Assembly (NCBI GenBank): GCA_964016885.1
Contig: OZ024744.1
Location: forward strand, 36,394,001 to 36,458,000
Length of the DNA: 64,000 nt
DNA from: Eledone cirrhosa
Lineage: Eukaryota
Direction of reading: 5' to 3'
Made by a program: the position numbers and the translations under genes. This document shows positions 55,201 to 64,000 of the stretch, piece after piece. The notes under the pieces are model-generated. The model saw only the letters and a program-made list of their open reading frames with translations. It was not told the origin of the DNA and searched no databases. Each line of letters starts with the position of its first letter. Positions within the stretch are counted from its first letter, which is position 1.

Positions 55201-58027
55201 GGTGGTTTGCTCTGAAAAGAGCAATTAGAATAGAGTCCATTAGGTTTAGTCAGACTTTAGCAATAGAGAAAAATAGAGAAGAGGGAGAATTAGTTAGAAA
55301 ATTAGACGAGGCGCTTAGTAAAGGCATCGCGACCGACGTGCGTGCGGCGAAATTGGCCCTCGACCAATTCAAAGCACGAAGGCTGCGTTGTCAGAGCTAG
55401 GGTGCGTGCTCTCAGACACGAGGGGTTGAAATCCGTTCAATGGGGCCGATTGGCGGAGGCGCGTCGTGGCAACAAAGCCACGATCCGGTCTTTGGTGGGC
55501 CACGACGGGCGTATGCTGCTCGATCCCGGGCAAATGTGTAAAGCTTTTCAGCGATACTTCGCTCAGTTGTTCGGGGGCAGCGGAGGGCCGGATCGAGGGA
55601 TGGACTTGAGTACCTACCTCGACGGATTGCCGCGGCTCTCGGCCACTGAGGTGGAGTGTTGCGAAAAGCCGATAACAACCGCTGATGTACGGGGGGCAAT
55701 GACTAGCTGCACAAATGGTAAATCGCCTGGTTTGGATGGTCTGCCCTATGAACTTTACGTACATATGCCAGACTTGTTCAGAGGCCTCTTGGCGGACGTC
55801 TACTGCAACTCGCAAACAGAACGGGAGAATTCCCAGCTCTGTGAGCCGAGGAGCTGTGGCGCTGCTGAGAAAGGATCCGAACAAGGGGGATAACATAGAT
55901 AATTTTAGGCCCATAACTCTGCTAAACCCAGAGTTCAAGATTTTGGCCAAGGTGCTAGTAAAGAGATGAGGCTTGTCGTTGGTGGTCTTGTGGGAGAGGC
56001 GCAGACATGCGCCATTCCCGACAGATCCATCCACGACAACCTCCTCCTCGTGAGATACATCGTGGAGAGGGTAGCTAGGGTACCTGGCACGGGTGGGTCC
56101 TTGATCAATTTAGATCAGTCGAAAGCTTTCGATAGGGTCGACCATCGTTACTTAGCGGCAGTCCTGAGGGCGGCTGGCGTTGGGCCCGTCTTCAGAGGCT
56201 GGATCGCTGCCATGCACAGCGACATCTGCTCTGCGGTGAGAGTGAACGATCACCTTTCGGAACCGTTCAACATCATGCGCTCGGTCCGCCAAAGATTTCC
56301 CCTCTCGTCCGTCTTGTACGTATTGACTCTCGAGCCATTACTCCACAATTTGGAGACGTTGAGGGGCGTCCCGCGCGAACTAGGATGCGGAAGATCAGTA
56401 TCAGCATATGCGGACGATGTCACCGTAGTGGTGTCGAACGCCAAACACATCGAGTCGATCGACACTACACTAAGAAAATACGAAGCGGTGACAGGAGCAA
56501 TGATCAACCAGGAAAAGTCAGTGGGCCTGCCGCTCGGCACCTGGAGAGGCAGGTCCATGCTGTCCAACAGCGTCATCGGGCGCTGGACGGACGGACCAGT
56601 TAAATTGCTCGGGGTCTGGTTCGGTTCGGATCTCCAGACGGACAAAAACTGGGACGAGGTGACGAGCAGGGTGGCTTCTCTCACCCAGAAATGGGCCGAG
56701 AGGAAGCTATCCCTGAAACGTCGAGCGGAGGTGGCGAACGCGTACATCGCGTCTGTCATCTGCTACCGCCTGACCGTCGTACCTTGTCCTAAGACCCGCC
56801 TGACTGCACTGGAGCGTTTGCTCTTTCGCTTCTTGTGGAAGGGACGCGCTCCAATGGTCAGACAGTCCATCTGCTGTCAACACCCGCTACGTGGAGGGCT
56901 GGGCATGCCGTGGCTGATGATGCGCAGACACGCGCTCAGGCTACGACATCTCCAACTCTTCCTCGACGGTGATCAGGTGTGGTCTCCGTTTGCTACACGC
57001 GTCTTTCCCCAGCTCGTCTCCTTGACGGAGCTGCAGTCCTGGGTCAAGCGAAGACCGAGAGGGAGCGCTTGGAGACTGGAATGTCTTCAGGCGTTCACAG
57101 CCCTCGCGCAATCGGGCAATGTGATCGGTGGAAACTCCACCTTGGCGTTCTATAGAGGATTAGTGGAGGGGAAGAGCGACGACGTGCTTGGGGAAACTCT
57201 AGGCGTCTACGAAAATCAACTAGCCAATCTCTTCGGAAGAACTTTCGGGCCGGGGCCTATGGACAACTTCCAGAAATCCCTGGCCTGGCAGTGCTACCGA
57301 GGAGCTTTGCCAGTTCGGGATAAACTCTACAGGCATGGAGGTGCCGTCAGCCGGGCATGTCCGAGATGCGCGCAGGGCGACGAAACCGTCCTGCACGCAC
57401 TCGTCCAGTGTTCGAGCATTGCTAACTTGTGGGTTTATGTCGAACACCTGCTGTCGCGTGTGGGACGGATCCAGCTATCATATGACTCCATCGTGAGGAT
57501 TGCCCCGCCCTCTTCCTTTAGCCGGGAAGGGCAGGCAGTTTTTATCTGTCTGGTGGCCATGGCGAAAGAGATAGTATGGTGGACACGTTTGAAAGGGCTG
57601 AAGACGAGCACTTACCTCTTCGGTGATGCCCTGATTAACTTTTTCAAATTTCATTTGAAAAGGAAAATCAAGGTAGAAAGGGAAGTGCTCTCTTCCCAGC
57701 ATTTTGTTGAAAGATGGGTGAGAGAAGCAAGAATGGCCCGAGTGAATGGGCCTACTCTGAGTGTGTGTCTGTAAATTAAAGGTGGAAAACTGGGAGATGG
57801 CATTTGCCCTGGCGGTCAGGCTCACTGTGGCTTTTTAATGGGCTTTCTCCACGAATGTCCCTCGAAAGTCTCCCCCCAATTGGGGATTTTTTTTCATTGT
57901 TCTATTATTACGTCCCCTGTTTCTTGTTTTTTTTACACGCAGAAATGCCCATTTGTACCGCCCTGTATTGTTCTGTACTGTCCTTAATGTCTATTTTATG
58001 TAAACCCTTTTGGTTAATAAAGAAATC
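52205..58027 (+). mobile_element. Tx1-clade LINE, copy 3 (full length, diverged subfamily)
   Basis: (ATT)n on both sides; ORF1 ~52422-54341 with CVVCGEGTHLRAFC; ORF2 ~54376-57774 with APE, YADD and CPRC..H..C; 3' UTR ending AACCCTTTTGGTTAATAAAGAAATC. Confidence 0.94.
54376..57774 (+). pseudogene. Tx1 ORF2, disrupted (602-aa RT and C-terminal segment open)
   Basis: INARGL, ISETR, SYLDR, LDQSKAFDRVDH, SAYADDV, KLLGVWF, GGLG, CPRCAQGDETVLHALVQC. Confidence 0.92.
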
Positions 58028-58045
58028 ATCATTATTATTATTGTT

Positions 58046-61000
58046 ACAGTTGCATTTATCTTGCTTTATGTTCATACGAGTTATCACCAAGTCACAACCA
58101 GTGACCTCAAGAGACAACAAGGTCCGCCATGTTCAAGAAAGAACATACATACTCACACATGCATCTATAGTGTTTAGACTTGTGATGTACTTATATTGAC
58201 AGAATCTTCCTTAGTATATGGGCAGTTTCCATTAGTACTATCTTTTGTATTTCTCCTATACGCGGGTTTCCTAGGATTTGCGATAAGTAATCATTAGACC
58301 CCTTAGGTATCATTCCCAGAGCGCCTACAACCACTGGTATTGTTTTAGTTCTAAATTTCCACATTTTTCCAATTTCTATCTCCAGGTCCTTATACTTGCT
58401 CAATTTTTCAAATGTTTTTATAGATACATTCTTGTCTATTGGAACGGACATATCAATTAGCAGGCATACTCTCTTTTTAAAGTCCTTCAATATTATATCA
58501 GGTCTATTTGCATCTATTTTTCGGTCTGTTTGTATGCTAAAGTTCCACAAGATTGAGATGTGATCTTCTTCAAGTATGGGAGGTGGTTGATGCTCCCACC
58601 AATTCTTTTGATGGGGCAGGTCAAAATGCTTACACATTATCCAATGTATGTATTGTGCAGCTCTGTCATGCCTGTTTAGGTATTCGGTTGGAGCTATAGG
58701 ACTGCACATTGAAATTATATGGTCAATGGTCTCTGGTTGTTTTTTTACATACACGGCATAATGGGCTGCATCCATTTTTTACTATGTTGGCTTGGTAATT
58801 TTTTGTTGGCAGACACTGATCTTGTGCTGATATAATCAGTCCTTCAGTCTCCGATTTCAGTCCAGAGGATGCCAACCACTGATGGGTTAAAGTTTTGTCA
58901 ACATCAGGATTGTTAGCTCATTCTGGGTATTTTCCATACAGAGGCTTTTCTTGCCATTTCTTAGCCAGTTTATGTAGCAGTTCTTTCTTTGCAGTTACTT
59001 TTACCTGCTTTGCTTTTTCTGTGTTTTCCATTTCAACAGTAAATGGGACTTCTGAAATTTGTAGTCCATTACTGTATCTTTGTGCATCTTTTGTAATGGA
59101 ATATGATCTTTTGATGCTTTCGTGTTTCAAAACGAGTTTGATCATCCAATCATGGGATTACCTTAGATATGTAGATAATCCAATTGTTGCAGTTTTCAAC
59201 GCAATGTCTAACTGGATTAACCCACGTCCTCCTTCTTTCCCAGGGAGATATCTTCTATCTGTATCTGCCTTAGGGTGATGCATTCTGTGCATGGTTAAGA
59301 ATTTGCTAATTTTTGTATCGAGCCTACGGATCTCTGTGCTTGACCAGTTCATGACATTGTAACTGTAGGTTACTACTGGTATGGCAAGCGTGTTTATGGC
59401 ATCGATCCTATTCCTTGCATTCAATTCCGTTCTTAAGATTGCTCTTACTCTGCGGTAACATTCCTTCCTTATCCTTTCCCTCATTGTCGAGTGCTTGAAT
59501 CCTTCTCCTTCACAAACACCTAGATATTTGTAAGTTTTTTCTTGATCAAGTTCTCTTATCACGTTCCCCCGATCAAGATTAAAGTCTGAACTTTTCAGCA
59601 GCTTTCCTCTGGTGAACGTTGCTTTGGCGCATTTATCCAGTCCAAACTCCATTTTAATGTCATCACTGAACTGCTCCACAGTGGATAATAGCCCTTACAA
59701 TTGTTCTTCATTTTTTGCAAATAGTTTCAGGTCATCCATGTAGAACAAGTGATTAATGGTTTTGTCATAGACTTTATATCCATGTTTTGTTTCATTGAGC
59801 ATTTTACTTAATGGTATAAGTGCGATGCAGAATAAAAGCGGTGATAAAGAGTCACCCTGAAAAATTCCACAATTAATATTAACTTCTCCCGCTTCCCGTG
59901 ATTTTGTTTCACTATTCAAAAGGAGTGTCGTTTTCCATGTCTTCATACTGAATGACAAAAACCTCCTGACAACGGGGGATATTTTGAAAATCTCTAAACA
60001 ATTTTCAATCCAACGGTGTGGCAAACTATCGAATGATTTTTATAATCTATCCAAGCAATTGATAGATTTTTGTGTCTATTATGACTATCTTCCAGTATCA
60101 TTTTGTTAACCAAAAGCTGATCCTTACAGCCATATGAGCCTCGTTTACACCCTTTCTGCTCAATGGGAAATAGGTCATTTGTTATCAGGTGGACATATGT
60201 ATATTCAGTTAGGACTGATGTTAAAATTTTATACATTGTGGTCAAGCAAGTTATCGCTCTGTAATTCTTGGGATTGTTTGTCTCATCATTCTTCGGAAGC
60301 AGGAATGTAATGCCGTTAACTAGCCATGATGGTATCTTTTCTGGCTCCTTAACTATTCCATTGTAAAGTTGGGCTAACAGCTCACGAGACTCTGTGAAGG
60401 CATTTATCCAAAAATTTTGTATTTTATCTTTTCCTGGGAATTTCAATTTGCTGGTTTTTCTTAGAGCCAAACGCAACTGTTCAACTGTTATATTTTCCCA
60501 TATTTGTTCCTCAAGGTGATCTGTATCTTTCATTTGTCTGTCTATCCATGGGGCATGTATATTATGAACTTTTTCTTCGGCCCAAATCTTTTCCCAGAAT
60601 TCTTGCACTTCCTTCTTGGGTGGTATTGGTTTAGCAGTTATTGTTGACTTACCAATTTTTCTGTAGAAGTTTCTTTGGTTGTTTTTGAACATATTATTGT
60701 CCTTATAGAATCTAGATCGTTTTTCAAAGCGCCTTATACGAGAAGCTTTGGCCGACACTTTTTGCTTGATTATTTCTATCAGCATGTCTATGTCACTTGT
60801 TGGTTTTATACTGTACTTTCTTTTCAATTTTGTAAGTTTAGTTTGTTTAACATGTTCACCTACTTTATAGTTTTTTAAAATTTCTATGTCAGTTCGGAGA
60901 AGGTTTATTTGGCGATCGATGTTCTCTTACCAAGTAGATTTCTTGTGGGAATTCCTTTGTTTTTTCATCTTCACTCCACATAAGTGAGTGGTGACTTTAG

Positions 61001-62933
61001 CCGATGCATAATAGAGATGATTTAAATCAGTAATGTTTAGTTTGTTTGTGATGATAATGTTTTTGATAATTATGTTAGTCTTGTGTATTATCTTTTGGTT
61101 CTGTTTGGAGTTCTGGATCTTAGGGAGGGTGTCTCGTTCCCCCATGTCAGATTCTTTCATTTTCATCCATTCGATCATAATTTCATCCTTCAAGTTGGCA
61201 CGTTCATTCTCATTCATTTCTTTATCATTTACGATCTCATTGTTTTCATTTTGAGTTTCATCTTGAGCATGCACTCCCTCCACTTTTTCGACCCTTTCTT
61301 TAATTTGTTCTGTTGTCAGTGATTCCGCCCCAACCCTGGGATTCGAAGTGTTACAATTTACCTCGTTTTCACTGACACATGTTTCATTTTCCCTTCGCTG
61401 ACTTTGTGCTAATAGCTTGATCTGATCAATTTCTATATCAGTTAGTAACTTTTTTTTAACAATATTTCTTCGTATATTGGCTAGTTTGTTACTGTCAATA
61501 TAGCCTCTGTTTTCGGGATGTTTCTTTTTCCAGTTGATATATGTCTGTTCTGTATTCGATGTATTTGATGGGTAGTACATGGCAGTGTAGAAAGCCTCAA
61601 GGATGTCTTTATTATCTTCCCTTGACCCTTTTTCTCTCTTTTTATTTGGATTTCTTGGTTGTGAGCATGGAGGGCCAATAGTAGGAGTATTTCGGTTATG
61701 GGAGGTCTCCAGCTCCGAAGTGATGGGAAGGTTTGAACCATTAGCTGATTTTTCGACCCCAGTCTGGTTCCTCTCTGAGGGACGCGGCCCTTTTTTACCC
61801 GGGTGACGGCCGAACCGGTATGAGATTTTATCATTAGACATTTACTTTATTTTGTCGCGTTTTATCCTTATCCGCCAAGGGGTAATCATTTCGTGTTACC
61901 ACTTCTAGAACGAGTGTCAACCAAGACTAGAGGGGTCGTTCTCCCCTAGAGACACAGGTATTCCCCGCCGGCCGCCATCCCGGTATTTCTTGGTCACGGG
62001 GTTTACTTTTTTGTTGTTTTTTTAAAATTGTTATTATCATGAGTGGTTCCTTAATGTGAGCATTGCGTGGCTTAAGAATGAAATTATTAATAATTGTCTT
62101 CACTCCAGGCACAAGGCCAGCAATTACCCAGTGCATTACAATAATATAATATACTTTTTGCTGAAGTTGCCTGTTATTGTTGTTGGCTATATCGGTGGTG
62201 GTGCTGGGGATTTTTCTATTGTTGGTGGGGAAGGGGGGAGCCAGCAGTACCATAGTCGCTGACGTTTGGCCGGTAGCCGGGTCACTGAGTCAATCTATTT
62301 ATATCTTTTGCTAGCCTCTCCCTTGTCTAGTGATACCGCCACCTTCCCCTTTCTTAAGTTAACAGGGGAATAGTGGGGGTAGCAATGAAGGAGTGGTGGC
62401 GGCGGTGATGGGATAGTGGTTGCAATGATGGATGGAGTGGTGGCGGCGGTGGCGTTGTCGTTACTGAGTTTTGTTGAATGGACTAGTTTTTTTTGATATG
62501 TAGTATCTATGCGTTTGTGTCGCGTATGTTTAATACATGTGTTGACATATTCTATTAATATTGGAATTAAACATTTTGTTAAAACTTGAGACAATAATAA
62601 TAGTAATTATTATTATGATGCTGGGATTGGTGGTGGTGGTGGTGAAATTGCCGTTCTCTGGCTGTTGTATTTAGTGTACACAGCGGGGTGATGGGGTAGG
62701 TGGTGTATCTAGTTTCTGGTGTTGGTGAAATTGCTGTTATTTGGCTGTTCTATATAGTGTAGACAGAGGGATTTTCTTCCATTTATAATCATTTTCTTCT
62801 TTGAATATAAAATGTATAATACAAAATTGAATATTTGAGCGATATAACAATATATTATGGAACCGAATTTTTAAGAGACTTGATTCGGTGCTTTATGCAT
62901 CATTTGTACTTAGAATTGTTATTTCACAATTGA
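58046..62933 (-). mobile_element. R4/Dong-like family A, copy A2 (lacks ~75 nt of the 5' end)
   Basis: Colinear and highly similar to 19652-24573; disrupted ORF 61841 to 58191; (ATT)n at both ends. Confidence 0.93.
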
Positions 62934-63014
<81 letters not shown>

Positions 63015-63016
<2 letters not shown>

Positions 63017-64000
63017 CTTGAATCTCAGTCATTGATGTTAGTTGGAAAGTCTGTTGGAATGAATATCAAGCCACTACCTGCAGCCTCAGATATTCAGGAC
63101 GTATCGGAGGGTTCTTGTTGTTCCCAGCAAGCATGCCTTTTGAAGCGTTCCAAAAAGCGTGAAGGGGCCGATTTTCTTTAACCATCCCTGGAAACTTTTG
63201 GAGATAGTCCCCAGTGCGCCTATGACAATCGGGATCACTTTGACTTCATGGCAGTTCCAAATCCTTTTTACCTCCCACTTTAGGTCCTGGTATCGGTTAA
63301 TTTTCTCCCTCTCCTTCTCTTGCACTCTCGTGTCGAAAGGGCAGGCCACATCCACAATCAGACACGATCTTTTTTCTTTGTCCACAACCACCAGGTCAGG
63401 TCTATTGTGTTCCAGTTTCTTGTCCGTCTGTATCCTAAAATCCCACAGCACCTTCACCTGATCGTTCTCTATCACAGCCTCTGGCTTATGCTCATACCAT
63501 TTCTCAGAATGTGGTAAATTGTTTACTTTGCACAGGTGCCAGTGGATTACCCTGTCCATCACATCATGACTCCAGACCTTATAGTGAGTCTGGGCTAGGT
63601 GTTTACACTCGGATACTATGTGAGCCACAGTCTCCTCTCTCTCTCCACAGATCCTATACAATGGGCTAGCCTCCTCCTTGTAAATATGGTGTTTCAACCA
63701 CTTCGTTTTGAGGGCCTGCTCCTGCGCAGCCATTAACATTCCTTCTGTAGCCTTTTTAAGGTCTCCTCTTCTCAACCAGTTCCATGTCTGTGGATCTCTA
63801 AATTCAGTTTTCTCAAAGAAGGTACTATGAAGGGATTTTTCATGAAGGCTGCTCTTTCTCCTTGCTGTTATTTCCTCCTTGGACATCCCCTGGTCTATTG
63901 TCCTCTCCTTCAGTACAATTCTGAGCATTGGCTCCTTACTATTTGTGTAGGTCATTTTTCACCATCTGAACACAGTCCGCTATGCTGATAAGACCTCTTC
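63015..64000 (-). mobile_element. R4/Dong-like family B, 3' part, running off the window
   Basis: ORF 63086-63955 with AAQEQAL and RLE motifs; preceded by (ATT)n at 62934-63014. Confidence 0.92.

Overview
AT-rich animal genomic DNA made up almost entirely of decayed transposable elements and microsatellites. The SINE and the abundant (TA)n/(CA)n/(ATT)n tracts suggest an octopus/coleoid genome (inference). No host gene is recognisable. Contents: three Tx1/L1-clade LINEs (+); two families of R4/Dong-like RLE LINEs (-; six copies or fragments plus a remnant); two Penelope-like families with hammerhead-like motifs plus a further Naiad-like copy; a spliced canonical Helitron; a second Helitron-like helicase fused to a USP (C19) deubiquitinase domain; a tRNA-derived SINE in several copies; foldback elements and MITEs. 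Two highlights. (1) An (ATT)n-centred retroelement system: Dong-like LINEs insert in the AAT polarity, Tx1 LINEs and the SINE insert in the ATT polarity, and the SINE shares a covarying 3' stem-loop and identical 13-nt spacer with Tx1. (2) The in-frame Pif1-helicase-USP fusion. All alignments and mismatch counts were done by eye, boundaries are approximate, and no database search was possible.
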